Below, piece after piece: positions 23,603-36,081 of a stretch of 64,000 nucleotides of DNA. The notes below the pieces were generated by a model. That model did no database searches. It worked only from the letters and a program-made list of their open reading frames with translations, and had not been told where the DNA came from. Origin of the DNA: Blastocladiella emersonii ATCC 22665 (Eukaryota; Fungi; Blastocladiomycota); the NCBI GenBank assembly GCA_025594325.1, contig JANHCV010000005.1:1798001-1862000 (forward strand). Direction: 5' to 3'. Positions within the stretch are counted from its first letter, which is position 1. Every line of letters starts with the position of its first letter. The position numbers and the translations under genes are program-made.

Positions 23603-26600
23603 AAAACACGCCGTTCCTTCCCTCCGCGAGCAGAATCGAGCCGGCCCACGAGCTCATCGTTACGCACCTGCTTCTTCGCCGTATCTCCGCAACAGACGCG
23701 TCCCAAGTCGAAGAAAACCTCGCAAATTACCTCCTTATACCGACACGGCCCATCTGGAGCCGTGAGCTTGTCACGCTTGTCCAGCTGCTCTGCCAGGCCG
23801 CGGCGCTCAACTGCAAACCTCTCTTGATGCGCCTTCTAGACCGTACCTCAACGGTCCGGCCCCAGCTCTTCAGCGCGTGTCTCCACATCGCCTACTGGCT
23901 TGTTCTCGCCAACAGGGCGTTCATTGGCGATCGCTTCAAGTGGCACCACACGGACGACGTGGACCAGGACCCACTTTCGCTCGCCGAGTTCCTCGCCTTC
24001 ATCGCTTGCTGGTGCGCGAACACACGGCTCCTAGCTCTTCTACTTGGCGATCGCGATGTCCAGACGAGCAAGGCGCGCGTTGCCGCCATCCTGTGCGGCG
24101 GGCACTCAGCGCCGGTCATCACGACCACCCTCCGCACTGCTGCACTTGAGAATCCCGAGGTTGTCGCCCCGGTCGTGGACGTGCTCGCACTTGCGCTCTC
24201 GAATGCCGCTGGCATGTTGGCTTTGGTTCGCGCGCGGCACATGGACTGTGCCGTCGCGCTTGGCCCACGGTGCTTCCGCCCGCTTATCAATTGACTGCCC
24301 GATCATACCAAACAAGCAATCGCCTCGGAGTCGCCGCTGCTTGACTGGGCAGTCGGTTTCCAGTAGCTTGACGACCCTCATTATCAACCGCGTCTCGGTC
24401 CCGGATCTCGAGCTCCCCGAGTCGTGCAGCGTCATGAACCGCGGGCTGTGGGCGTTTACGCGCGCGACTGCCGTGGCGCGGCGCGATAAGGAGACAATTA
24501 TCCCTTTGCGCGACCGTTCACTGGAGCAGTGGAGGCAGCTCGTCCTTGATGGCTTGTACTGCGACTCTTAGAGGGCCCTGTGTGCGACCAGCTGGCTAAA
24601 GTATTGAGTTTGTAGGCTTTTGTGCGAGCATCCCCAAACATGGACCAGGACTGCGACTTGAACTGCGACCGAGCAGCGATGACCTACGGCGGTACACGTC
24701 CGCGCAGCTTCTACTTCTTTTTGCGTTGGGAATCGACACCATGTCCGCGGTTGACTTGGCCGACCTGATTCAAGCTTCCATCGACTTGCATCCAAGATTC
24801 GTCACGGACAGCTTGCTCGACGGAAATCTTGCTCTGGATCCCGTGCACCTCGTTGCTCTGCTCGCCCCGCGCTACGACAAGTTCGAGCGCCTTGCTCGCC
24901 ACTTCGTTGGGGCTCCGATCCTCGCTTGCTTGGTCATGGCCGCGCTCAGAGATCCCGGGACTTGCAGTCGCGCGCTCGACACGATTCGGCTGTCGCTTCA
25001 GAACACGGTCATGAGGATCATGATCGACTCGGTGCTGTGGCCGGCTCCCTGTCCGTTTTGGAAAACCGGCATACCTGATCTCAACATCTGCAAGGGTTGC
25101 CCCCTCGCCGGGCAGCGGCTATTCTGTGACACGCTTAAACTGGTCTTTGAGTCGTTACCCGATGCGCTCTTTGCCTACCTGCGGGAGCCGGACGAGCACC
25201 TGTGGTCCTGCCTCAGCAGGGACTTCAATGAAGATTACATGAAGTTTCCACTGTGCCGGGCTGGCAGCTGCGACCACATGTTTTATGGGGGCTCGCCTGG
25301 CGGTCGCCCATGCGCGTTTCGGAGCGGACCCATCGCTCGCGGCCGATAGCTTCTTCAGACAACGCAGCTGCCATAGACGACGTCGACCGCGCGCGGGACT
25401 TGAGACACCTCGTCCATTTCCAACGATGGGAGTCCAGTTCTTCGCTCGACCAAATCTTGCACGACGTGTGCCGCGTTGCGCCGCGACTCGTCGACACACG
25501 TGAGTTTATGGAGGCGGTTCCGGGATCGCGCACCGGGACCTGGTGAGCGAGCGCGTGTTGACGCCTGCGTTCAATCAATACACGTCGTGCGTTGGCGAGA
25601 TCGTTACGGAACACGTTCTCGATGGCTGTGGCCAACTTGAACTGAGCGGTTGAGGGATCAGGGAATGCAAACGCGCGCCAGCGGTGAGTGTCTCCAGCAA
25701 TTGTGAGGCAAATAAACACGTCTCGCACCACGACGCGTGACCCGCGACGCGTCCCCTCTTCACCGCCACCTGTGAAAGACCGAGGCGCCCACTTCGCGCA
25801 ACTTTCGGCACGCGGGAGCATCAATCTTGGCGCTCCGAGGGATCCGGCGGAACAGCACCTGTGACGTGGCACGCATGCACGACGACGCGGTGGGCGACAA
25901 CCGCGTGTTCGGGCAACCTTCCTGGCGCTCTCGATGCAGAGTTTTGCTGGTTGCACAGAGTCTGGCCACAGCGCCGCGGTCTTGGCGCTCGCCGTGCTCA
26001 TCGTGTGTCACGCTCCTCCCACCGCGCGGCCCACGCCGTCTCCCTCGGCCTCGGTGCGCGCAAACGGTCCCGCCGTGCATTGCTGACAAGGGATGGCGCA
26101 TGAGCGGTGGGAGAGCCAAGCCTGATACGTCTGGCCGCAATGCCCGCGGAGCATTGTTGCTCGCGGGACGCGTCGCGCGCCGCGCCACCGCCACGCTCAG
26201 CCACCGCCACGCTCCCTCGCGTGCCCGGACCTATAAAACCGGGCAAGATCCCCGCTCACCCTCTGGCTCTCCGAACACGAACGCATCGCCCCCCTCCCTT
26301 GACCCACCACCACGCGCTCTCGCCTCGCCCGCCGCCTCGCCCGCCGTGTAGGCACCATGGAACCATGTATCGACACACCCCGAGATCCTCTCGAGCACTC
26401 AAGTACACGTCCCGTCCGGGCGCTCACGGCCGGGCCATTGTGGTGAGTGCCGCGGTAGTCGCCGATGCTGTCCACTCTCGTCCAACACGATCACCCGTGG
26501 GGCAAATGCCTATACGGACGGTGACGCCGGATCGTAGCGAAGTGGACGGTAGTCTGGGTCGTCGCTGCCGTCGTCGTCCCCGTGTTCGTCGCGCCCGTGG

Positions 26601-28175
26601 ATGATGGGTGAGTGGGCGGACGGACGCGGGGTGCGGCGCACGGCGCGCGGCCCGGACTAGGACCAGACCGAGATCAACACGAGTCGCACCAATCTCGCGC
26701 TCCCGTGTATGGCCTTCTACCCTCCGCTCCCCTGAGCGCGACCGGGTGCCTGCGGAAGGCGCTGTTTCGTGTTCCCCCCTCCCCTGCGCTATCCGTCGTG
26801 GCTACGTGGAACCAGTCGGTGTTGGCCCACTGAAAACCGGAGCCACGGCAGCGGACCGTTATCCTTGGGCGGGCCGTCTGTAGGACGCAAGGACGCAGGG
26901 AGGGGGACTCGTGCAGCGCGAAGCCTCTCCTACTACTCTCCACCATCCTCGTCGACCACCAGCTCCTCGTCCAGAAACGGCTTCGACCGCGACTCTCGAC
27001 CACTCGACGCTCGACCCCCTCGACGCTCGAGATCGTCAAGCTGCTCGAAGATCTCGGTGCCGCCGTTCGGTTTGCCACGGTACGCTTTCTCCCGCACGCA
27101 CGCCCGCCCTCGCTCGCCCTCCCGACTCGCACCCCACTGCCCATCCCCGCACGCTCCCCGTCGATGACCGCCACGTCGTGCCCTTGCAAGGGGTTTGTAC
27201 CATGTGCAGGCGAGATTGACGCACATGCTCCGCATGTGCAGCGTGACTCTCGTTCCGTGCGTTCGCGCGCGGGATGATTGTGCGTTGCTACTTTATGACC
27301 CGCTGCCCGATCGATCGGTGAGTCGTGGCCAACCTCGTTCCTGGCTCTAGCCGGAACATGCGTTGCTACTCTTATGCGTCTCCTCGAACGAGCTCATGAG
27401 GCATCGCGCGCGTCGGAGCGGTGCGAGACGCCGACGCGTCCATCACGTGCGGCTTGCGAGACATCGACGTCGCCGTTGAGCCCCTGCTTCTTCTTCTCCC
27501 TCACTTCTATGCAACGAATGGATTAATGCAACTTGCCGCAACGAGCTCAAACATTGGCGATAATGTCTTCTCAACCGTAACTGCGCCGAGGGTCGGCTCG
27601 GCTATTGGCCAGGGCCAACACGACTTCCGTTGCCGTCGAGTCTCTCCGCGAGTCCGTTTCGAAGACCGACCGGCTTGGGCCCCGACGCTCACAACGACGA
27701 GCTGCGGCTCGACTCGGTCCTCGTTCGCATGCTCAAACGCGGGAGCGTGGGTGCTGCTTAGAGCACGGCGAGAGCTGCTCGGCCCGAATCAGCCCACTGC
27801 GCGATCGATGCCTCCAATCTTCTACAGACCAGCTACTTTCGCCCGAGCTTGATTACATGGTGGCTCGCATGCTCGCTGAGCGGGCTGCATCCGCTTGGTG
27901 GTACTCGTCGATAGAAGTCCTGCCCTGCCGCGCAGCGCCGACCGCTTCCCGTACCGCAAGGCCTCGACGTTCTCGAGGTCGACGTCGCTTCCTGGATCTC
28001 CTGCAAGCGGTTCGACCAATGTGGTACGGTTCTCAAGCGATGCCGCAAATTCTGAACGGTTCGGCCGACAACCCAGTCGTTCCGCACCCCGCTCTTGGCA
28101 CAAGTGCAACCAATTTATCGCAGAACTCGACTCGCCCGCGCCCTACTCGTGTCCGTCGCGCATCATTCTTGGGAT

Positions 28176-30000
28176 CTGCGGGAACCTCTCGCTCATGGCG
28201 CTGCAGCACCGCGAGGGACTCATCACCTCGCCGACCGCCACGGCGACGCGGCTACTCGCCCTGTTCTTCGTGGCCCGCGCGCTCGTCAAGCACGCCGACC
28301 TGGCCCGCACCAACGCCAACGTACAGGTCGTGCTTCCGCGGTACCTCGCGGGGCTTTCCAGGCGCGCTGGTGACGGGTTCTGCTTCGCGTCGCTCGCGTC
28401 GCTCGCGTTACTCGCGTCGCTCGCGCGTTACTGGAACGGCTCGCTCCTGGCGCTCCAGCTCGGCGCCCGCCTCGTGTTCCAGTGGGCTGTCGCGGCCATG
28501 TCCGCCGATCGGATCCATCAGGTGGTCCTGTACGGGGCGTCGCACCTGCTGACTTCGGGTGCTGCCGCGGCTGCAGCGACGGGCGGTGGATCCGCAGCAT
28601 CGTCGCCCGGCGGGACCGTGGTCATGTCAATGCCGCAGATCTTGGCTCCGGCGATCTCGGCCAGCGGCGTAACCTAGACCATGGCTCGCGCGACCATCGT
28701 CCTCGGGGTCATGGAGTGCGAGCGGCCGGGCCTGCTGCCGATCGGTATCACCAAGGAAGTGGCGCTCTCGCTGACGCTGCTCATGGCCGACCAGGGCGGC
28801 GCGTCCGTGGGCGCGCAGGGCGAGTCAGCCGGTGCCAGCGGCGGTGTAATCTTCGTGTACCGGATCAGCGCACTCGAGCTCCTCGGCCGCGGGTTCGCCC
28901 ACTGGTAGCCGCACGTCCACGGTGCCGCCGTGGTCCGCACACTCGTCGCGCTCGGGGTGCAGCTGCCCCTGCTGGCCGCCGCGGTCCAGGACCACCACCA
29001 CGGACACGGGCATCACCATACCAACTCGTCCGTATCGTACGCGGGGGTACTCGCAGCAGCCGCAACAGCAGCAGGACTACCACAAGCTACCGCCGGTCCC
29101 GCCGGTCCCCTCGTCCAGCGCGCACCCGGGCACTGCGGTGGACGCTATGTCACGGCAGGCGCTCCTCGCCGTCGCGACGCACAACCTGCGCATGGTCGTG
29201 CAGACGGTCACGACGGACCTCGAGCACGGGCAGCCGCTGACCAACCAGTCGATCCTCGCGGCCCTGTCGGCGGTCGCCTTTGGCAACGCGGGCAGTCTCG
29301 CCGGTCTGTCGGCGGTGACAGCAGGCAGCGGGACCGCGAGCCACGCGGCGTCCGGGCTCCTCCTGCCCTCGAGCGCGGCGGGTGCGGCGGGTACCGGTGC
29401 AGCAGCGGGCGTCGTGGCCGTCGACAAGGCGACGATGCTGCGGCTCGTGTCGTGCCTGGTTCACAAGCTGGCGGCGGCGCGGGCGACGTCAGGCAGCGCG
29501 CCGCGGCTCGCCGAGGCTGTGGTGGCGGTGCTCGATCCGGCGCACGCGGTGCAGCGCGACGTGCCGCTGCAGCCGGCGACGGCGACGGCGACGCTGTTTG
29601 AGATGGTGCGGCGGTACCCCGTGGTGGCGTTCCACGCGGCGGCGCAGCGACTCGCGACGGGCGGGACCGACGGCCGCGTGGTCGCGTGAGACATGCGCAC
29701 CGCGACGCGTACCCGCGCAACGCGCCCGAGTCGGCGGTCGCGTACACGCCCGACGGGCGCAGCGTGGTGAGCGCCGCGCTTGGGGACCCTGGCGGCCGCG
29801 GTCAAGGTGCGGTCGCCGCCGTCCGGGCTCATGTACCTCGTCGGCGCGGTGGCGGGCAGCAACTCGCTCAAGGCGTTTGCTTACACGAGACCGTCTCGTG
29901 CAGCAGCGGCGAGCGGGTGGATGATGGTGCAGCTCGCTGTGTCCAAGCACGCGATCGAGCTGGCCGAGGGCGGCAACCGCGTCCAGTTCCAGATCTGATG
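28176..30000 (+). pseudogene. WDR7: 5'-truncated, decayed copy of the WDR7 / rabconnectin-3 beta C-terminal region
   Basis: ISALELLGRGFAHW*PHV resembles the WDR7 motif AIDLIGRGFTVWEPY. SRQALLAVAT, YPVVAFHAAAQRLATGGTDGRVVA*DMRT and AVAYTPDGR follow in WDR7 order. Stops at 28675, 28906 and 29687 plus frameshifts. Confidence 0.8.
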
Positions 30001-30696
30001 CTTTGGCGATGGTGGATGGATTACGAATACATTGGTATTGACCACGAACGCCGGAGCAGTCGCCACGCTGCTCAAAGCACTCGATCGAGCGCAAAGAGGG
30101 ATGGAGTGAAAAGTGTCTCGCACCCGCCGCGTGACTGGGGCGCAAGCCACTACGCGTCTTCACCTCGCCCATATCAAAGTGTCTCGCACTGAGTAGACCA
30201 TGCTGCTCGCTCACACTGGCTCACACCTCACCGAAGCTAACGGAGTACAGAGGAGTGGAGCGATCCGGGCAGAAGCGCTGTGCGGCTCCACTACTCTGAG
30301 CGCCAGCTGCTTGCGTGAAGAATATGAACCTTTTGAGAGGAATACCTCGACATGACCAGAGGTCTCTTGAGCCGAACGGCGAAGGAGAGAAGCCCTTGCT
30401 GCATCATTAGCAGGCTCGAGACAACGAGTGGGATGTAGGGCAAGCCAGTCGAGAGTGTGTATGCATGTCCGCTGCGGCCAGCCTCGACCGAGAGGGAACC
30501 CTACAAATGCTCGAGCCCGCCCCGGTGCCCTCCTCTCGTTCTCTCGACCTTGCCCCGCCTTGGTTACCCGGTACTCCCAAGTTCGCTTTCAACACGCAAG
30601 CTTCCCCGAGTACCCCCTTGTACAGTCTCGTACAAGCTTCCCGCACGACGTACCACACACGTTTGCACCCGCGCACCTCGTACCACCGCCACCATG

Positions 30697-31962
30697 TCGC
30701 TCCTCGCCAAGCTCTCCATGGTCTCGTCGTCGTTCCCGACCGGTACCCGCGCGCGCAAGAACGTTTTCTCGTCGCCGACTCGCACTGCTCCGATGGCGGC
30801 CCATGTTCTCTCCAAGGACTCGGCTGCCGCCTCCGATGCAGTTGCACCTACTCGCCCCGTCTCGGCCGGCCATCCCGCCATGGCCACCTCGACCGAGACT
30901 CGGCCCCAGCCACTTCCGTTCGCGCACGTCGGCAACCTCGCCGACTCGGGCATCGTGGCTTCCACCCCGTCCGCCTCGACCGAGCGCATCCACTGCGCGT
31001 CGGCGTCGTCGGGCCCCAAGGCCGCCGCCGCCAAGGCCGGCGCGCGCGCGCATGCGGCGGCTGCCGCGGTTCGCCACGCGGCGCAGTCGGCCTCGTGTGC
31101 CGTTCGCCGCGCCGCCCTCACCGTTCCCGCCGCCGGTACCATCGCGGCTGCGCGGTTCCGCAACCTGTGCAGTCGCCGTAGCAGCCACCAACAGCAGCAG
31201 CCGGCCGCCCCGCTGACCGGCGTCGCTGCGACCCTCGACTCCATGGCGCGCAAGGGCGACCCGCTCGCGTGCCCCGGCGTTTGCGGCCCTCGTTGAGCGG
31301 ATCAGGAGCTCGGGTCGGCGGTGTACCTCCCGCGCGACGGCGAGAAGCCGTCGTGGCAGTACGAGACGCACGTCCATCTCGAGCGCCACATCCCCGGGCT
31401 GCTCGTCGACCACCTGCGTCCCGAGGTTGGCGAGTTCCGGTGCCGCCAGTCGCTGAACGGCATCACCGTCAAGCACATCGCGCACCTGATCCGCACCGAG
31501 AATCGCGAACTCGGCAACTATGTTGCGCTTCGCCTCGACGCCAAGAACGACGCGACGCTCCCGCGCGAGGTGCCCCGCGAGACGCTTACGCCGTCCATGC
31601 GGTCGGCCATCAAGAAGCTCGACGGAATGATCACGGGCTTCTTCCGGCACGACCCGATCAAGCCGCACATTGCCATCTTCTACACGCAACAGCACGCGGC
31701 CGACTTCAAGGACTACGTGCGGTACATGGGCCGCGTCCATGACTCGCTGGTGCGGCTCGAGGGGTCGGGCGGCCAGGGCTTCACGGCGCGTGCGCTTGCG
31801 GCGCTGGCGGTGCAGCACCTGGCGGGCGTCGATGTCCACGACTCGAAGCACAACGACTGGGAGAAGCCCGCGGTCATGTCCAACCGCGAGGTGGACGAGC
31901 TCAACCGGGACTCGCTGGTGGTCATGTACTACCTGATCGCGCTCAGCCGCAATGGATTTTGA
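30697..31962 (+). pseudogene. Orphan gene: Ala/Ser-rich N-terminus plus a globular C-terminal domain, interrupted by one in-frame TGA at 31294
   Basis: ORFs 30457-31296 and 31321-31962 share a frame and both have strong C/G-ending codon usage. No intron signals seen at the junction. No family recognised. Confidence 0.5.
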
Positions 31963-32099
31963 TGGCCTTTGCATTTACATACATGTACCCTCGTCTTCCT
32001 CATTGTTTGCGACGGTCAACAATCTGCCACTGAGGGGCAGGAAAAACTAGAGGCGCCGAAAGCTTGAGCACGATCCTGGTCGTGATTCGAGCGTTTGAT

Positions 32100-32800
32100 T
32101 TCGTTGCCTGCTCAATTCACTCGTTCATATTCAGCTCCTCTCACGACGGAATCATTTCAAAGCGCTCGTTCTCAGTTGCCGCATCATCGAGCGTGCGGAT
32201 TGCGTCGGGAGTGAGTAGAGTATTGCTGATGCACGGTTTGATCAAGTTCGTTTGACGACCGATGAAGTTGAGGAGTAAAGCAAGGTAGGCATCCGAGATC
32301 GGGTTCTCGGCCAGGGCTAACACGTGCACGGCGCAAGAGAACAAATCCAAGCACTCCAGATCGGCGTCGGTCCGACCCAACCCGAGAAGCCCAAACTCTG
32401 CGGATTCGAGGAAGCTGGGCAATGTCGAGGACAAGTTCGCGGCGGTTCGGGTTGTCCGCTCGCTGCAGGATGGCGTTGGGTACGCTGTCGTAATAACTCA
32501 AGGGAAGACCCGATTGACGCCACAAGTCGAGTGCAGCAACGTGTTCGCGAGCGCTTGCTTCGTCCATGGAGAGCAGCGGACAGCGTCGTAGGATGGTGCG
32601 CGTGACGTGCGGGACGTCGGCACGCCCAATGACCCGCGCGTACTCGGCGAGCCCGCGCAAGTCGTTCGGGTCGTCGTGCGCCGCCACGACATGGCAAAGC
32701 GTTCGCTCGACGATATGCAGCAAGTGAAGTCCTGCCTCCATTGGTTCCCATTGCTTGCGAGCAGTCGACAAGGAGCGGAAGCGGCGGGAGCGTCGCATCG
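32100..32800 (-). pseudogene. Degenerate fragment with an ankyrin-like motif and an LRR-like motif
   Basis: HVAALDLWRQSGLPLSY in one frame and VLALAENPISDAYL (LxLxxNxIxD) in another; frames are broken. Confidence 0.35.
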
Positions 32801-32916
32801 CGGTGACTTGTTCGGGTGTGCGCGTGCGGCGCTCCCCACGAGCCGACCACGTCCGGCCCGCCAACTGGGCACCGAGGCGATCCTCCTCATCCTCCCACCA
32901 TCCCCAGCGAACTGCC

Positions 32917-34060
32917 ATGATAGACATGATGCAAAGCGAGGCTGATCCTCCACCGCTCACGCTTGCGAGTTTTCCGTCCGGCGTCGTTGACCTGGTCCTT
33001 GCGCTGGCTGAACCGCTCGCCACTCTCTGCCCCGCTTCGACGTGCCTTGGTTCCGTAGCTCGAGAGGCGATCGAGTCCTTTTGATCAGCGGATCCGTGCA
33101 TCAGTCCGCTCTAACAGCAGCTGCGACCCTCATGCAAGTCGATGCTGTGCCTGCCGCTTGAGCCACTTTCAACGACGACCACCTAGCGCACTCGCCGACG
33201 GGAAACGATCATCCCGATCCCGGAAAAGACTGTTTGGAACCACCGCTGCTCGCTCTTCGCATCTCCTGCGCGCTGCGTGTTTGACCGGGTCCAGCTTGAC
33301 GGGCTCGACGCTCCACTCTTGCAGGAACGGGTCCGGTGCCGCTGTGTCCGGTCACTTAACTACCCACGCCTTCACACATGCTATCGACTCTTCTTCACGT
33401 CAGGCTCGGAGCGACGGCGACGGGCCGGACTGAGCCACCCCATCGATTTCACGCTTGCGGCCTTTCCCAAGCATTTTGACCTTCCCGCGGGAATCGCTGT
33501 TTGGTGCTCGCACTGTCAGTACTCTTCGCTGCATACGCTCCCACGAAACAGCCAGTTTGCCTATTCTCGCGCTCAAGTATGCTTTCCACTGACCCGTGAC
33601 AGCTTCGCTGACGGACTCAGCCGCCAGTTCGGCTCGGCTTGCTTGAGACCATTGATATTGCGCTTCGCTGACGTGCTGGCAACTAGCTCGATCATGAGTC
33701 CCACGAGCTCGGCTTCCACGGTTACTTGCCGCTGCTTGCATCGCGTACCGCTTCGTCCGCCTCATCATACGAGGCCCAGTTTGTCCGCCAACCTTTTAGG
33801 AATCGGCATGACCGCACTGGATTCTCGCTTGATACCGACGCTTCGGGAACTCTCAACACCTTGGGCGTCGTATGTCACTTATTGCGTAGGCACTCGCTTG
33901 AATAGATGCCGACCACGGTGCTCACGTCGGTCGTCGCGGCCATCGTGGCCCAGCTTCCCATGGCGCAGCCCTAATCCAGCTCATGACCATTCTCTATACA
34001 CTCTCGCCTCGCTCTATGATTACTATTTACACTCTCTCCCACGCCCTTTGAGACTTTGTT
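32917..34060 (+). pseudogene. F-box-like family copy B, highly degenerate
   Basis: MQSEADPPPLTLASFPSGVVDLVLALAEP matches copy F (EPPHLTLASLPFELAVRVIQF). Stop at 33084. The 3' extent is approximate. Confidence 0.55.
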
Positions 34061-34141
34061 GAACCGCACCCGCGCGGTTTGTGTTGTTGATTTTCGGTGA
34101 TGGCCAGGTGGCCGACGGCACGCGCCGCGGACGTGGTGCAC

Positions 34142-36081
34142 TCACGCCCGCGACGACAATGCTCTGACCGAGGCGCTAGCTAGCACTGGATGCGCGTCGG
34201 GAAGAACTGGAGCCCGCATGTCAGTACACGTCGGACAGGTTTTCAGGACGACCGAAGAGGGAACGCGTACCCGTGCCGCGTCGGTGTGGTGCTCGACCCG
34301 CGAGGGCACCGACTTGACGGACACGCGCGACGAGGCCAGCTCGCGCGGCTGCTGGTGATGGTGATGGACCGACTTGACGGATTTGATGGTATGGATCTAC
34401 ACAGTTGCGCGAGTCAGCCGAACGATGGACACGGACGAGGCGAGAACCGCAGAACGCACCAAAGTGTTTGACTTGGAGCCGACGACGGCCGACTGCTGAG
34501 CAGGTTCGGCGGCGGCCTTGGCGCTGCTGGTGCGCAGGCCGAGACGGTTGAGGATGCCCTTGGCGAGGCGCACGGGCGCCGAGGAGCGCTTGTGCGGAAC
34601 ATGCTACGGGTTTCGGCGGTACGAGCGTCAGAGTCGAATTTTGTGGACGCGTAAGAGGGGAGCGTACCGAGATGCCGCAGAACTCGACCGCGATGGTCGA
34701 CTTGTCGTGGCCCGTAACCGATACGGTCGGCGCGGGCTTGATGATGGCGGCGAGGACGCCGGGCTTGGTGGCAGTCGTAGTTGCCGCGGCGGGCGGCATG
34801 GTGGCGGCGTCGACCTTGACGCCCGAGTCCACCTTGACGAGCGCGGGCTGGGCCGGCTTCTTGACGTCGGCGGCGGTGGTCTGCGCCGCGACCTGCTGCT
34901 GCTGCTTGGCCGGCTCGTCGATCGCGGCGGCGAGTGGGGCCGGGAAGTCGACCTCGCCAAACGCCGACTTGACGGCCATGTCGGACGGAATATCGCGCTC
35001 GATCGTATCCTCGTGGGGACCGAGGTGGAATGCGCGGGCGCTCGTGTTGGCGGCGACGGAGGACACGCTGTTGCACGTGTCGCTGAGGGCCGAGTGGACG
35101 GCCTCGCCCGACTCGACCGAGATCTTGAGCTCGTCGTTGATCGGGTACATGGCGACCATGCTGGCCGAGCGCGACTTGCGCACGGGAACGAGGTCGCGGG
35201 ACAGGTCGGCGGCCATGCCGAGCGAGCCGGCAGAGATGGACCGCGACAGGATCGTGAGCGCACGAGGCGCGGGAGACTACACGGAGAGCAGGGGTGAGCG
35301 ATTGCCCGCACATGTCTAGTATCAAACGATATAGTACCGAGAAGGTGTTGCCGAGAAGTGTTGTAGGGCAGGCGGCGATGAGGTTGGAGGATGCCGGCTT
35401 GCAGCCGATCAGGTTGATAAGGTACAGGCTGCCGTCGTCGGAGATGCCGAAGACGATGTTGGTGCCGGTGAACGTGATCGAGTAGAGGCAGACGGTCGCG
35501 TGCGAGCAGAAGATTACGATGGCGGTGGCCGAGACGCGCAGGTGCAGGAGACCGCCGTGAAAGTACGCCGAGCGCGAGTTGCGGTACTCGGCGAGCGAGA
35601 GGGTGGCGATGCCGTGGGCCTGGAGCCAGCCAGGGTGCGTGGAGATGAAGAAGTCGAAGCGGAACACGAGCTTGGCGACCGGGCGCCGGGCGAGTGTGGC
35701 GAAGATCGAGTCGATGGACGGGAGCAGGTGCATGGCGAAGAGACGCGACGCGAAGTTGGTGAAGACGGCGGCCAGGTGGTCCGCGTGGTAGTGCGAGACG
35801 GCCGTGGTGATGAGCAGCGAGTAGTAGCCGTGGATGCGCGAGGGCTTGGCGAGCAGCGAGGCGATGGCGACCGTGGTCGTGGCCGAGACAGAGTACAGGT
35901 TGACGGTGGCGAATTTGCGGGTGGCGAGGTTGCGCGTGGCGGTCGACGCGATGATGAGGTCCGAGGACGAGCAGGCGGTGGCGGTGGCGGGCACGGCAAA
36001 GTTGGACCCGGCGAGCACGACGGCGCTGAGGCCGATGATGGCCGCGAGGGCGAGCGCACACAGGATCATGAAGAGATCCAT
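34142..36081 (-). CDS. Hypothetical multi-exon protein with an N-terminal signal/anchor sequence and an Ala/Pro/Lys-rich C-terminus
   Basis: MDLFMILCALALAAIIGLSAVVLAG at 36081; strong codon bias; GT..AG introns near 35330, 34660 and 34460. Last exon uncertain. Confidence 0.65.

Larger units (their letters stand above)
17076..23612 (+). mobile_element. Mutator-like DNA transposon (MULE), about 6.5 kb, with long TIRs and a 10-bp TSD
   Basis: TSD GTTCCTTCCC at 17066-17075 and 23613-23622. Element ends GG...CC. Inverted repeats 17084-17349 and 23337-23602 read as identical. Internal MULE-type transposase. Confidence 0.93.
16851..25546 (+). pseudogene. F-box-like family copy A (long class), split by the MULE: 5' part 16851-17075, 3' part 23623-25546
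   Basis: Starts MEPMKSPLATLPVELAVRVLQF. Removing the element and one TSD copy gives FDLCSFLP|SASRIEPAH in frame with ORF 23824-24294. In-frame TGA at 24292 and further stops/frameshifts follow. The later part has CKGCPLAGQRLFCDTL and ends CRVAPRLV like the paralogs. Confidence 0.85.
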
